A stretch of 63,236 bases of DNA, counting the filler, from Octopus bimaculoides (lineage: Eukaryota), in assembly GCF_001194135.2 (NCBI RefSeq). It is 3 parts of 3 records of this genome, joined end to end, with 100 filler letters (N's around TTAATTAATTAA, not from the genome) between each part and the next. Parts side by side here need not be neighbours in the genome. Positions count along the whole stretch, not along the records: positions 1 to 31,586 come from NC_068998.1; 2 more parts are not named here. The stretch is one strand, 5' to 3'. A model generated the notes under the pieces. The model made no database searches and was not told the DNA's origin. It saw only the letters and a list, made by a program, of their open reading frames with translations. Shown piece after piece: positions 11,600-24,535 of this stretch. Made by a program: the position numbers and the translations under genes. Positions within the stretch are counted from its first letter, which is position 1. Every line of letters begins with the position of its first letter.

Positions 11600-12400
11600 T
11601 AGAAGTTAAGGTAATTGAAGAACTCATAAGAAAAAAACTAAAACTACTCACCATCATACAGTTGTTACAAATAGACTATATTTACCCCAGTATACAAGGA
11701 GGGTTAGACTTCATATAAACAGAGAACCATTGACTAAAACGAAATTACTTAGTTCAATAAGACGACATTAAGAAAACGATAGAAAAACCCTCCTGCTGTA
11801 AATAAGAAAATTATAAAGAACAGAGTAAAAGCTAATGAAAATCTAATCACAATGAAGAAAGGGTTTTGTCTTTTATCGATGTAGACAAAACAACACAAAG
11901 AATAAATCGAAACTGAATATGTATTTTAAACGAAACTAAGAAAAAAGTAAGAAATGGAAGAAAATCAACATGAAAATTGATATGAAAACTGAGAGAATGA
12001 AAGCTAAAGCAATAGATTGTCTAATCATGCACATCTTGTGGGTAAAAATTAGGTGGCTACAATAATATAGGACATACCTATCCTAATTTATCGTGACCAA
12101 CTGAGAGCATAAACTGCATAAACATGCACCAAACCTGATGTAAGACAAATATCCGGCTACGACAATCTAGATCACACTTCTACAGTTTGCATGGAGATCA
12201 AATTGAACCACTCAGATATTATAACAAAAGAGAGAAATATAAATCGGTGCACTTTGAAAGTTATATCGTTTGCAAGTTATTTCGAAAAAAAGTCGAGAGA
12301 CTATCAAAGTAAGGGTATCTTGAATTGTTATTTACTAGAGAAAAAAGCCGAAACCTATTAATAATCGGTCAACCGGATACGAAAACGAACCTGAAAAGGA
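11600..12400 (+). mobile_element. Heavily decayed PLE 3' region (GIY-YIG remnant)
   Basis: Frameshifted SCTSCG...NNIGHT...EHK resembles C-x-x-C...YIGxT...EH. A CCGAAAC remnant lies near 12348. Confidence 0.4.
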
Positions 12401-12929
12401 AAAGGAAAAGACACATTAATTCATATCATCATATCAGAACTTACTATTTTCTCACGGTTCAAGTAACTCTACTAATCACAGCTAAAATTTAACACTTTCA
12501 ATTCAATAGTATAACTCACTCATTCTCTTTCAATATTCAAATGATATCTTGTGTCATTTACCTCGCATCAGATTTAATGTTTCGATCTCTCCTTCCTAAG
12601 CAATACTGTGCACTTATTCACCCCAAAATGCATGCCACTATCTTGTTATTGACTACCCGAGGATTTAGTCGTGATTTTCATCGGTCCAAGATATGACTTC
12701 ACTTCAAAGATTACTAAACGAACATTTCTTTTTTTTGTTTTCTGGCTTACCTACCCATACAAGTTTTAGTTACCTGTTGTTGACGACTGCCCCTGATACC
12801 CGCAAGAATACAAGAAAAAACTGTTTGCCGTTACACATTTCATATTTTATTTGCTTACACTTGTTGACGATATTTCCTGCTCAAACTGTCTACATGATAT
12901 ACCCCCAACGAAGAATATATAACAAAGCC

Positions 12930-13085
12930 AACGATTTGGCAGGTATAGAATTAGTGGATTACATCGATCCAGTACCTTGACTAATGTTTGCATTTGTCAA
13001 TTCTGAAAGGATGGAAGCAGAGTTGACTTCGCAATGATTCGAACTCAGGAAATAAGGAGCCGGAAGAAATACTGCAAAGCATGTT
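12930..13085 (-). mobile_element. Diverged SINE family A copy
   Basis: GTGGATTACATCGATCCAGT...GTTGACTTCG...ATTCGAACTCAG. Confidence 0.7.
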
Positions 13086-13120
13086 GTCCGATCTTTAACG
13101 ATACTACCAGTTTACTGGGG

Positions 13121-13284
13121 AAAGAAGAAGAAGAAGAAGAAGAAGAAGAAGAAGAAGAAGAAGAAGAAGAAGAAGAAGAAGAAGAAGAAAAGGAGAAGAA
13201 GAAGAAGAAGAAGAAGAAGAAGAAGAAGAAGAAGAAGAAGAAGAAGAAGAAGAAGAAGAAGAAGAAGAAGAAGAAGAAGAAGAA
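13121..13284. repeat. (AAG)n microsatellite
   Basis: Direct reading. It generates the poly-E/K/F/S/L ORF-track artefacts. Confidence 0.95.
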
Positions 13285-14162
13285 AGTGAAGAAAAACAAG
13301 AAACGAAGAAAAAGAAAGCACGTATTGTTTGAAAACATGGCACTTCAGTATAATTTCTGTTTAGATGAAAAATGTTCTTTCTGAGTTCAGTAGCCACCAG
13401 TGGAATGGAAGGAGTTAATAGGACGACGATGACATCCGGATATTTCCATGGTATTTTATTAGCTCAGACTCCCATTAGAGAATTAATTAAAAGATTACAT
13501 GAAATACTATAAATATTATATGAACTTTTATTACACAATGGAAAATCTAATGAGATTAATTTCATAAATATTCCTTTCATCTTATATTCTCAAAGATCAT
13601 TGTTCAGAGAGAAAGACTTTTATTCTACTCATCAAATAATTAGATCCTATCTCAATGTGTGCCTTTTGGCACTAACCGAAGTTTCGAGAAATCAGTGAAA
13701 CATTTGAGCAGTAGAGCACGAAGTATCGGTTTCGACTGAGAACTTGTTTCTATATACATATCCAGCTTGAATGACAGCAGTTCCAAATGTTTTTTTCCAT
13801 GGTGGTTCCTTTTAACAAACCAATTTTTTTCTGCGACTCCTCTTTTAAATATATCCCAGTACAACCTATAACATTTAATACTACTCATTGAAAAACATTC
13901 TTTAAGTTTTGTTTGCTGTAAATATTAAATGTAGCATTTATGCTTATGGCTTATTCTACAACATATTTCATATTTACATTTTATCAAATATTTCAAAATA
14001 ATAAACAAATGTTTTCGCAGTCCTTTTAGAATTTGAAGATTAGTCTTAAAGGTTCAAGATAATACATGGATATATCCGTTAAGTCAGCTGCCTGAACAAT
14101 TCAATATAATTGATTGCCATTTAATTGATTTTCCTATGTGAGATAAATTTTCTCAAAATATT

Positions 14163-14359
14163 GGTTTCAAATTTTGGTACAGGGCCAGAAATTTCGGCGG
14201 AGGGAGCAAGTAGATTACATCAATCAGCCGGTACTTATTTTATCAACCCTAAAATGAGGAAAGTCGACCTCGACAGAATTTGAACGCAGTACGTAAAGAC
14301 GGATAAAATACTGCTAAGCTTTTTCCCTGCGTACTCGCAATTCTGCCAGCTCGTCACTT
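14163..14359 (-). mobile_element. SINE family A copy with perfect 19-bp TSD
   Basis: TAAATTTTCTCAAAATATT at 14144-14162 and at 14360-14378. Confidence 0.9.
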
Positions 14360-14639
14360 TAAATTTTCTCAAAATATTAAATTGAAAATCTTAAGCTGTT
14401 TGGATTTCTTACATTAGCAAAAACTCAAATATTTGTAATGAGAAGAGGCTGAATCGACTCCAGTATGTGTCTACTACTTATTTACTTATTTATGAAGCCG
14501 GAGGTGGCATGAAAAAATACAAAGTCGACCCTGGAAGAAGTTAGAGACAAAAGCACAGCCAGCAGAAAATATATACTGTAAAGCATTTAGTTCAGTGCTT
14601 AAATATTTCAGCCGTTTTATAAAATCAAAAATTGAGAAA

Positions 14640-14835
14640 AAGGCAAGGGCAGCAAGTTCTGGGGAAGTGGTAAGTTGATTACATCGAACCCTGTGCTAAA
14701 CGAGTATATATTTAATCGGCCCCGAAAAGATGAAAGGCAAAATCGACCTCCGTGGAATTTGAACTCAGAACGTAAAGACGGACAAAATGCTACATTTTGC
14801 CTGGTGTGCTAACGATTCTGCCAGCTCGCCGCCCG
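14640..14835 (-). mobile_element. SINE family A copy
   Basis: ...CGACCTCCGTGGAATTTGAACTCAGAACGTAAAGACGG...GATTCTGCCAGCTCGCCGCC. Confidence 0.85.
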
Positions 14836-15522
14836 AAGATTGGGGAATATTGAAGAGCTATATGTACTACCATTAATGTATATTAGGATTAAGTTCACAG
14901 AACTACAGTTTCCGGTAGGAAGACAGTATTAGAATCAACAGAGATCATGTGTTGTGTAGTAGAAAGGAAGTTAACGGCAAGATAGTTCCGCATAACAGTT
15001 GAATTGCACTATCCAAAGAAGATAGCAGAAAGCTGCTATGATTCCGGCTCTCAGAGATTGTGAAACAACGAGTTATATACGGGAACATATAATGATTTGA
15101 GAGAGATAGAGATAGAGAGATAAAGAGAAAAGAAGAAAAGTGAGAAAGACAGAAATGAGGGCAAAGAGCAGAATCAGAACAGTTTTCATGTTTGTTTGAT
15201 AGAAAGCCCTAGAAAGCTATCAATATAATCCCTAAATATAATCTTTTAATCCGATTAGAATTAGCATTATAACACTTAAACAATGATATTTCTCAAGGCT
15301 TTCATCACTTTAAATATACAAAAGAGTTCATAATGAAAAAGCTAATAACTGAATCAGACTTATAACTACAATGTACGGCAGAAAATCTCCCATATTTTAC
15401 ACTGCCCAAAAGTGAATTTGAGCGGTTGTTTTTGCCGCACTCTGCACAATCAGATTTCTCTTCAAGCAACGACTATGAGGACTAAACTTGCTCGTTGGAC
15501 CATACATGCGCTTTCATACATC

Positions 15523-15579
<57 letters not shown>

Positions 15580-16014
15580 ATTTACATCTGTAAAAGAGTA
15601 AGTACCCAATACATGTAATAGATTACTGTTGCCCTGTATATTCGGGATACTGTAAATGTAAAGTAATGTACACTACGCAGCAGTGCAAGCTACTTTAGCC
15701 ATCAATGCGTTGAGAAACCGGATATACTAGATAAATAAATGTAAACAAATATATTTTTTCTAATTTCTTCGTAAAGGGAAAAAAAGTTACACTGTTTAGC
15801 CAAAGCGGTTTAAAAGCTAGCAGGATTTCATTAAACGCTATATTTCTCAGTTGGTAGAAAAAGGTGAATGCATAACCTTTGAAGAGAAACCTAACTAAAA
15901 TTGAAATCGATCAGGACAATTCCACTTTTTCCATCCAAGAATAAACTAGAAAAAATACATTCCTTTATATTTATATTACATATAACATTTGTTTATATTC
16001 ATACACTTCTTAGG

Positions 16015-16196
16015 GGCGGCGACCTGGCAGAATCGATAGCATGTCGGGTATTTCGTCTGTGTTCAAATTCCACTGAGGTCGACGTCGCAGTTTATCCTTT
16101 CGGGGCTGATAAAATAAGTTCCAGTTGAGCACTGAGGTCGGTGTAATAGGCTTAACGCCTCACCCGAAATTGCTGGCCTTGTGCCAAAATTTGAAA
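16015..16196 (+). mobile_element. SINE family A copy with internal deletion
   Basis: GGCGGCGACCTGGCAGAATCG...GTTCAAATTCC...GGCCTTGTGCCAAAATTTGAAAC. Confidence 0.85.
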
Positions 16197-16284
16197 CATT
16201 TATACACTACTTGATTTATTTATATTTATCCCTTACACTGCACAGCAACGGCTAAAATATCTTGTACTACTCGATTGTGTATAA

Positions 16285-16356
16285 CAGTGGTTCTCAACAC
16301 TCTTATTTAAATGAGTTTTCCTACAGACCCTTTTAATATGCTTATTCTTGTGTGTG

Positions 16357-16395
<39 letters not shown>

Positions 16396-16695
16396 NNNNN
16401 NNNNNNNNNNNNNNNNNNNNNNNNNNNNNNNNNNNNNNNNNAAAAGACAAAAAAACAACAACAATAAACAACATGAGGACGTGATACAGCTTGTGTTACT
16501 GGACGCTCGGGAAAGGAAAGAAAGAGAATTTGACGTTTCGAGCGGAGCTCTTCATCGGAAACAAAGAAAGTCCAAAAATGGAAAGACGGAGGAAGAAAAA
16601 GTAACCAACGATATCCATCGAATTTAGTTCACGGACCCCCAGTACTACCTTTGCGGACCGCCAGGAGTCTGCGGACCCCAGGCTGGGAACCACTG
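16285..16695. mobile_element. hAT (Charlie-like) MITE carrying an internal (TA)n tract and a PLE hammerhead fragment
   Basis: TIRs CAGTGGTTCTCAAC and (reverse complement) CAGTGGTTCCCAGC. 8-bp flanks GTGTATAA and ATGTATAC. Confidence 0.7.
16528..16562 (-). ncRNA. Minimal type I hammerhead, one core substitution
   Basis: Minus strand: GTTT-CCGATGA-A-GAGC TCC GCTC-GAAA-CG-TC-AAAT. GUC triplet, U4>C. Confidence 0.65.
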
Positions 16696-17102
16696 ATGTA
16701 TACTGTCAAGTGCATCTTTATGTTTCAGGAGAAATAACTGTCAGCTGATTTCGCAGTGTAGATAAGTACGCAGCTGAGATATTAGAATCCAGTATAAAGT
16801 AACCTATAAAATACGAAGCTGTAAGGAAAATTCTCCCTGGTGGCTGGATTTTCTGCAATTGACAAGTAAATCTTATTCAAATAGCCAGTAGATAATGTAA
16901 ACCCAGATATGCTGCGTCTTAAGAAAAAACTGGACTGTCATGGGTGGAATGCTTTCGATTATAACTCTGCTCGATTAAAGCTAACCTTGATTTACACAAC
17001 CACAGAAACATGAAAAGAAAGCATCAAATACATGTCAAGTGACTTAGCATAAGGTTTATTTTTATATATAGGAAGGCAATCATATTTGTATATGATTGAG
17101 GT

Positions 17103-17323
17103 AACATTGATTTCAAATTTTGGCACAAGGCCTGCAAGTTCGAGGGTAGGGTGTAGGTTGATTACATCAACACCAGTGCTTAACTATTACTTATTTCATC
17201 AATCCCTAAAGGGATGAAAGGCAAAGTCGACCTCAGCAGAATTTGAACTCACAGCGTTAAGACGGTCGAAATGCCGCTAAGCATTTTTTCCCGGCGTGCT
17301 AACGATTCTGTCAGCTCACCGCC
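17103..17323 (-). mobile_element. SINE family A copy, full length
   Basis: Tail AACATTGATTTCAAATTTTGGCACAAGG through head GATTCTGTCAGCTCACCGCC. Confidence 0.9.
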
Positions 17324-17684
17324 TTTGACTGATGCATGATATCGATATCAGGACGATAGATAACAGGCAAGTGAGTGCCGTCATATGATGGCCCTAGTGT
17401 GAATGGTTATATGTGTGTGAGTACATGGATATAAGGACATAAGCGTGCAATCATGTACGTGTGTGTATTGCTTTGTACCATAGTTTATCAATGTAAGTGA
17501 ATTATGTGCGCGTGCGCGCGAGTATGTATGCAGGACGTTAAGTGGAGCGACATTTGGATTCAATTAATGAAATCCTATAACTAAAGAATTTGAATATGAT
17601 TTTATTAAAGTATAATTATCTCTTGAACTGTTAGGAATTAGGCACATGTTTCACGACAGACAGGTAGACAGACAGGCAACAGAC

Positions 17685-17739
<55 letters not shown>

Positions 17740-19139
17740 NNNNNNNNNNNNNNNNNNNNNNNNNNNNNNNNNNNNNNNNNNNNNNNNNNNNNNNNNNNNN
17801 NNNNNNNNNNNNNNNNNNNNNNNNNNNNNNNNNNNNNNNNNNNNNNNNNNNNNNNNNNNNNNNNNNNNNNNNNNNNNNNNNNNNNNNNNNNNNNNNNNNN
17901 NNNNNNNNNNNNNNNNNNNNNNNNNNNNNNNNNNNNNNNNNNNNNNNNNNNNNNNNNNNNNNNNNNNNNNNNNNNNNNNNNNNNNNNNNNNNNNNNNNNN
18001 NNNNNNNNNNNNNNNNNNNNNNNNNNNNNNNNNNNNNNNNNNNNNNNNNNNNNNNNNNNNNNNNNNNNNNNNNNNNNNNNNNNNNNNNNNNNNNNNNNNN
18101 NNNNNNNNNNNNNNNNNNNNNNNNNNNNNNNNNNNNNNNNNNNNNNNNNNNNNNNNNNNNNNNNNNNNNNNNNNNNNNNNNNNNNNNNNNNNNNNNNNNN
18201 NNNNNNNNNNNNNNNNNNNNNNNNNNNNNNNNNNNTATATATATATATATATATGTATATATCGAGAGAAATAAATTAGTAATGAAGTGTATCTTTGTAC
18301 GTTTGTCTACAATTTTCAGTTAGGCAGCTCTGTAATAATGAGAGTTTGATAAAGGCGCGCGAAGACGCATAAAATCTTGTTACAAATCTCCTTATGCGGT
18401 CTTATAAACTTAAATATAATTATCATAGAGATATACAATTTTCATGTCATTCTATCTTTTGTTTATGTATATGGTGGTGGAATTGTATGCTAATGCATCT
18501 ATCTATCTTACATGGAAGTTACTAAATGTAATTGTATGTGGATGTAAGATATTTATATCTTACCCCTATATTCCTTATAATAGTTCAAACCAATTCAATT
18601 TTGCATTTTTCATATGATTAATCATACTTGCGAAGCATTCATATCAGTTTCATGAACCTGCCTTGAGGCCATTTAAAGTCCATGTTAAGATTTACCTCTA
18701 ATTAGCTATCGACTCAAATAAGCTTACAACACCGTTCTGCGTGCACGAAATAGATAAGTTTCTTTATCGAAGATGAAATTTACGAAGTTAGGAGCAGAAA
18801 CTAAGAATTCTGAAGTTGCCAAATAGAAAAGAAAGAACAGGAAAACAAACTTGTACAATGAATAAAGATAAATGCAAGAAAATTCAAGAAGCGTAGCAAA
18901 AAAATAATTTATTTGCAATATTATTTCATGAATAATGTCCATACCACAAAAAATAATTGTGTTAGAATTTTATGCACTTTCCTTAGTTTTCATAGCTGAG
19001 AATTTTTATTTCTTTCAGTCGCCCAGGGTGCCATTATATTGAATCCATCCTTGGTGAGGTGTGGATTAAATGAGAAACGGTAGGAACGAAGACAGCGTAC
19101 AATACACTGCTGTTGTTATGTATGTTACTATTGCTATCG

Positions 19140-19690
19140 GTATTGCTACTACTACTGCTACTACTACTACTACTGCTGTTGCTGCTACTACTACTGCTGT
19201 TGCTGCTACTACTGCTGCTGTTGCTGCTACTACTGCTGCTGTTGCTGCTACTACTGCTGCTGTTGCTGCTACTACTGCTGCTGTTGCTGCTACTACTGCT
19301 GCTGTNNNNNNNNNNNNNNNNNNNNNNNNNNNNNNNNNNNNNNNNNNNNNNNNNNNNNNNNNNNNNNNNNNNNNNNNNNNNNNNNNNNNNNNNNNNNNNN
19401 NNNNNNNNNNNNNNNNNNNNNNNNNNNNNNNNNNNNNNNNNNNNNNNNNNNNNNNNNNNNNNNNNNNNNNNNNNNNNNNNNNNNNNNNNNCTGCTGTTGC
19501 TGCTACTACTGCTGCTGTTGCTGCTACTACTGCTGCTGTTGCTGCTACTACTGCTGCTGTTGCTGCTACTACTGCTGCTGTTGCTACTACTGCTGCTGCT
19601 GTTGCTGCTACTACTGCTGCTGTTGCTGCTACTATTACTGCTGCTGTTGCTGCTACAACTATTGCTGCTGTTGTTGCTGCTAGTGCTACT
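19140..19690. repeat. 21-bp trinucleotide-derived minisatellite (ACTACTGCTGCTGTTGCTGCT)n, gapped
   Basis: Direct reading; contains a 185-N gap. Confidence 0.9.
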
Positions 19691-19715
19691 GTTGCTGACG
19701 TTTAGTTCCTTATTT

Positions 19716-19940
19716 CTTTATTGCCCACAAGGGGCTAAACATAGAGGGGACAAACTAGGACAGACAAAGGAATTAAGACGATTACATCGACCCCAGTGCG
19801 TAACTGGTACTTAATTTATCGACCCCGAAAGGATAAAAGGCAAAGTCGACCTCAGCGGAATTTGAACTCAGAACGTAAAGACAGACGAAATACCGCTAAG
19901 CATTTCGCCCGGCGTGCTAATGTTTCTACCAGCTCGCCTG
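19716..19940 (-). mobile_element. SINE family A, A2-tail subfamily
   Basis: TTATTTCTTTATTGCCCACAAGGGGCTAAAC...GAATTTGAACTCAGAACG...CCAGCTCGCC. Confidence 0.9.
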
Positions 19941-19944
19941 GTCA

Positions 19945-20500
19945 ACCTTGATCGATTATAACTAAATATATTCCAGCCGTGACCATCCATGTTTACATTA
20001 TCTAATGTATCCTTTCTTTTTAAGACGTTGGTGGAAGATTTGGCTGCTATTTCTAGTTGATCAAATGACCACAAAATGGTTCCGTGGCTAGTTCGTGTTG
20101 CATCTCTTGATGATGCTGACACAAACCTGATGATGACCTTTCAACAAGTTGATCACTTTGTATTCCATTACTGTTAAACTGTATCCCAAGACACATAACT
20201 CATACTTGAGATAGAACCTGCTAGAAGAAGCAGCTTTATGTGATTCATATCAAACACTACCGTCTTAAAGATGGAAAAGTACATAGAATAATATAGCTCA
20301 AGATATGTCAACCAGTAAGAGACAAAACATGATAGCCACGGTTGGAACACCTTTGAGCATTAGTCTGCAAGTTACAGTAAAATCAGTGGACTTTGTTTGC
20401 ACTGCACATTAGAAATTTACAGGATGGTCACAGCTAAAGCGTCTTTAATTATTGGTTTTCTCGAACAGAGCTGAGTCAGAGTTAACAAGAGAAACGACAG
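19945..20500. repeat. Third dispersed repeat family (C): inverted pair plus an extra copy; related fragments near 2900, 16930, 22510, 28330, 28620, 29060 and 40500
   Basis: ATTCCAGCCGTGACCATCC...TTTAAGACG...GCTGCTATTTCTAG at 19970-20060 aligns with the reverse complement of 20220-20350. Confidence 0.55.
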
Positions 20501-20683
20501 CAACAATTTAATATTAAACGCTCAGCACTAATGGTTAGAATTTTATTGGTTGACTTGAGCAGCCCAGGAAATCGCACTCACAAGTTATATTGGAAAAATA
20601 CACATACAAAACGTAAAAACAACCAGACCACATCCACACACACACAGAGACACACACACAGAGACACACACACTCACACACAC

Positions 20684-20744
<61 letters not shown>

Positions 20745-21479
20745 AACGCATACAAACACAGAGAAACAAATATGTGCTACTTCCGGCATCACCCTAATAT
20801 GAGTAAAACATTTTTTTCCCCTGCACAAAGAGCAAACAGTGATATCGAAGAGACAAGATAATGGCAAACTTGTACTTTTACGTACATAACCTAGCAACAG
20901 TGCATTCATTACATTGTAATATTACACACATAACCTAGCAACACTGCATACATTACAGTATAATGTTGCGCACATCACCTAATAAAATTGCATATATTAC
21001 CATCTGGAGTCTAGCAAAACTGCTTACATCATCTTGTAATGTTGTATACATAATCTAGCAACACAAACATATAAACTTCAAATATGGTATACATAATCTA
21101 GGAATGCCTTATATTATCTTGAGATGTGGCACATAATATAGCAACACTATAATTCATTCTCTTGTAATGTAATGCTCACTTAATTTAGAGACATTGCATA
21201 CATTATCGTGAAATGTCACATACATAATTATAAAACACCTCATACATTATCACGTGGTGTCACATAAATAATCTAGAAGCGTTTAACATTGCATAACTTA
21301 CAATGTAATGTTGCATACACAGCTTAGAAACCTTATAATGTCGAACACATATTTTTATTTTATTGTTGGTTTCAGCTGTTAATGTTCTTATTGAATAGTT
21401 TGGAAGTTAACAACCTTAGCGAAACCATTAGTAAAGAGAGTACTTCAGATGGGGCAAGATCTGGGAAGGAAGACCTGGG

Positions 21480-21765
21480 AATAAAAGTTCTCTGTGGAGG
21501 ATGGGGGGGCATGGTGGCATGGGGTGGCTAAATACAAGTGATGAGAGGACAAGAAATGATTGAGTCATAAGGGCCTGAGTCGTAGAGACATTACATTAGC
21601 CAACTCTGAATAACAGGTGCCATACCAGTAGCAGTAGAAAAGGCAGAGAGAAAAGACGAAGAGACATCAGTCTATAGCAGAGAGGGTATTGTGCACTGAA
21701 GAGCAGCTTTATGCCAATCAATCAGATGGCCATTGTTTTATGCTTACCTTCTATAGTTCTATGCA
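21480..21765 (-). mobile_element. Decayed CR1/L2-superfamily LINE ORF2 C-terminal fragment
   Basis: The frameshifted minus strand reads DVSS...FYCYWYGTCYSELANVM, resembling the 'RRxVxSLSLFYRYxxGxCSxEL' motif. Confidence 0.45.
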
Positions 21766-21789
21766 TAATTTTGAAACAATGTATATAAT

Positions 21790-22003
21790 GGTTTAAAATG
21801 TTGGCACAAGGCTAAGAAGTTTAGGAGAAGAGGTGAGTCGATTACATCGACCCTAGTGCCCAACTGCCATGTATTTTATTGACCGCGAAAAGATGAAAGT
21901 CAAAGTCGACCTTGGCCGAATTTGAATTCAGAACATAAAGACGGATGAAGTATCGCTAAGCATTTTGACCCGCGTAGTAACGACTCTGCTAGCTCACCGC
22001 CTT
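21790..22003 (-). mobile_element. SINE family A copy
   Basis: Full head, core and tail match. Confidence 0.85.
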
Positions 22004-22033
22004 AGACACTGCATATATTGCCTACTAATATTG

Positions 22034-22234
22034 GTTTCAAATTTTGGAACAAAGCCAGAAAGTTCGAGGGAGAAGATAAGTGGATAACATCATTCCTAGT
22101 GTTCAACTGGTACTTATTTTATCGACTCCGAAATGATGCAAGTCAAAGTCGACCTCGGCGGAATTTGAACTCAGAATGTAAAAACAGACAAGCGTTTTGC
22201 CCGGCGTGCTAACAATTTTGCCAGTTCGCCGCCT
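22034..22234 (-). mobile_element. SINE family A copy with perfect 18-bp TSD
   Basis: TATTGCCTACTAATATTG at 22016-22033 and at 22235-22252. Confidence 0.9.
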
Positions 22235-23220
22235 TATTGCCTACTAATATTGCATTCATGATTTAGAATGGGTACATGCAGTATCTTATACAATTACATA
22301 TATAGCTTAGAATCAGTGCCTACATTATTTTCTAATGTCACATAAATATTTGAGTGACAATGCATACATTATATATTAAGAGTGTCTACAATATCTTCTA
22401 ATGCTACATGTATAGTCTGGAATCAGTCCATACATTATCTTTGAATGTACAGCAAATTTAGTTATATAGACTATATAAGTTTAGCAATACAACATACTTG
22501 ATTCAACTGTTGTTTAATTCAAGTCAACCCTGATCAAGCAAATCTATAATCAAGGATATTCAAGCCATCACACTCTTGTCTTTTAATTTATAAAGGACTT
22601 AATCCATCAATATATCCTTCATTGTTTAAGCTGATCATGTATATTGAAAGAGATCTGTCAAATATTTCTAGCATGGCAGGCAGCGACATGAGCTCATACT
22701 TAATATAATAATAATGTATACATAATATTATAATATATTCTTAATATTGGATTGTTGCATACATGACCTGATATTTTTGTGCTTGCATGCCCCATAGAAA
22801 TTCCACATTTTATAAATGAGACTGTATTTTGATATATAAATTAATGAGTCTTCAGAACATTGTTTTCATTATCTTAAGTATCTTAATGATGTCTGATTTT
22901 GTTTCATAGTCATAGTGGTTAATAAGTAACAATCAAATTTGCTTTATTACATGAAGTAACAATCAAATTTGCTTTATTACGTGAAGTAACAATCAAACTT
23001 GCTTCATTATATGAAATGTTTTATTCCCTTGTTCATATGCATCAATCAAACATATTCTAACAAATAGAATAGTATTATAGATTACTAATATCTCAACCGT
23101 CATACACAATCACGTATGACTTAATAGTAGCATGCACCATGCCTTCACTATTTACACATATTTAATCTAGCAATATAAGAGTTAATTTACCAATATTACA
23201 TACTTAGTCCAGTAATATTG

Positions 23221-23435
23221 GTCTCAAAGTTTGGCTCAAGGCCAACAAGTTCGGTGGGGATGGGCTAAGTCGACTACGTCAACTCCAGTGCTCGGCTAGT
23301 ACTTATTTTATCGAACCCGAAAGGATGACAGTCAAAGACGACCTCGGCGGAATTTGAACTCAGAAGGTAAAGACGGACGAAATACCACTAAGTATTTTGT
23401 CCGGTGTGTTAACGATTCTTCCAGCTCGCTGCCTT
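23221..23435 (-). mobile_element. SINE family A copy with imperfect TSD
   Basis: Flanks TTAGTCCAGTAATATTG and TTAATCCAGTAACATTG. Confidence 0.9.
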
Positions 23436-24107
23436 AATTAATCCAGTAACATTGATAGCTTAATCTATTGAAAATAGAAGCTTAATCTCAAAATATTACA
23501 TACTTGCATTGCAATAATATCATATACTTAATATACATAATGTTACATAATAATCTAGTAATATTCCATACATATTCCAATAATTCTATTTACTTCATCC
23601 AGCAATACTATACACTGTCTAGCAATGTTCTATATTTGGTCTATTATTATTACATATATAATCTAGTAATATTATAATTTTAATCCATTAATATTCCATT
23701 CTTAATCTAGTAATATTACATGCTTATTCTAGTAATATCAATATTTGATTTAGTAATATGCATATTTTATCTATTAATTCTTAAATCTCGTTAAGTTGCA
23801 TACTTAACCTTATCTAATATTTAAGTAACATTACATAATATTGTATATTAAATTTAGTAACGTTACATACATAATTTCATAATTTTACATGCTTAATGTT
23901 ATACACATTATCATACGCTTAATCCAGTAATATATATACTTGATACAATAATGTTACGAAATTAATCTAGCAATATAACATACATAAATTTTAATAATAC
24001 TTTATTAATCCTTTAAAATTTTATGTGTAATATAATAGTATTACATACTAAAAATAGTAATATTAAGCAGTATTCAATACCGTGTGCATTGTATGCTTAA
24101 CGTAGTA

Positions 24108-24312
24108 ATATTGGTTTCGAATTTTGGCACAAGGCCAGCAAGTTCGGAGGATGGAGTGAGTCAATTACATCGACCACAGTACTCAGCTGGTTAGTATTTA
24201 TTATATTGGCCCCGAAAGGATGAAAGGCAAAATCGACCACGGCGGAATTTGAACTCAGAACGTAAAGACGGACGAAATGCCGCTAAGCATCCTGCCCGTT
24301 GTGCTAACGATT
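24108..24312 (-). mobile_element. SINE family A copy whose head is interrupted by an A2 copy
   Basis: Runs from tail AATATTGGTTTCGAATTTTGGCAC to GCTAACGATTCT. A head remnant GATTCTGGCAG reappears near 24581. Confidence 0.85.
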
Positions 24313-24535
24313 CTTATTTCTTTATTGGCCACAAGGGGCTAAACATAGAGGAGACAAACAAGGACAGACAATGGAGTTAAGTCGATTACATCGGCCCCAG
24401 TGCGTAACTGGTACTTAATTTATCGACCCCGAAAGGATGAAAGGCAAAGTCGACCTCGGCGGAATTTGAACTCAGAATGTAAAGACAGACGAAATACCTC
24501 TAAGCATTTCACCCGGTGTGCTAACGTTTCTGCCT
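24313..24535 (-). mobile_element. SINE family A, A2-tail subfamily
   Basis: TATTTCTTTATTGGCCACAAGGGGCTAAAC...GTGCTAACGTTTCTGCC. Confidence 0.9.

Larger units (their letters stand above)
20884..24110. repeat. Ancient degenerate 22-bp/44-bp AT-rich minisatellite, interrupted by SINEs and a LINE fragment
   Basis: ACATAACCTAGCAACA(G/C)TGCAT(T/A)CATTACA.. recurs at 44-bp spacing (20884, 20928). TTAATCTAGTAATATTACATAC-like units recur across 23150-24110. Confidence 0.6.

Noticed and set aside
11600-12400. Possible ORF2 remnant of the upstream L1/Tx1-like element (YIYPSIQGG motif)
   Set aside because: It is far more decayed than ORF1, and the downstream motifs fit a PLE GIY-YIG domain better. The assignment remains weak.
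13034-13397. Poly-E/K, poly-F/S and poly-L ORFs
   Set aside because: All are frames of one (AAG)n tract.
13652-13888. 78-aa non-repetitive minus-strand ORF
   Set aside because: It has no recognisable domain and no convincing splice donor.
19070-19814. 211-aa and 233-aa ORFs (TTAAVAA repeat, poly-Leu)
   Set aside because: They are translations of a 21-bp minisatellite across an N-gap. There is no non-repetitive coding context or splice evidence.
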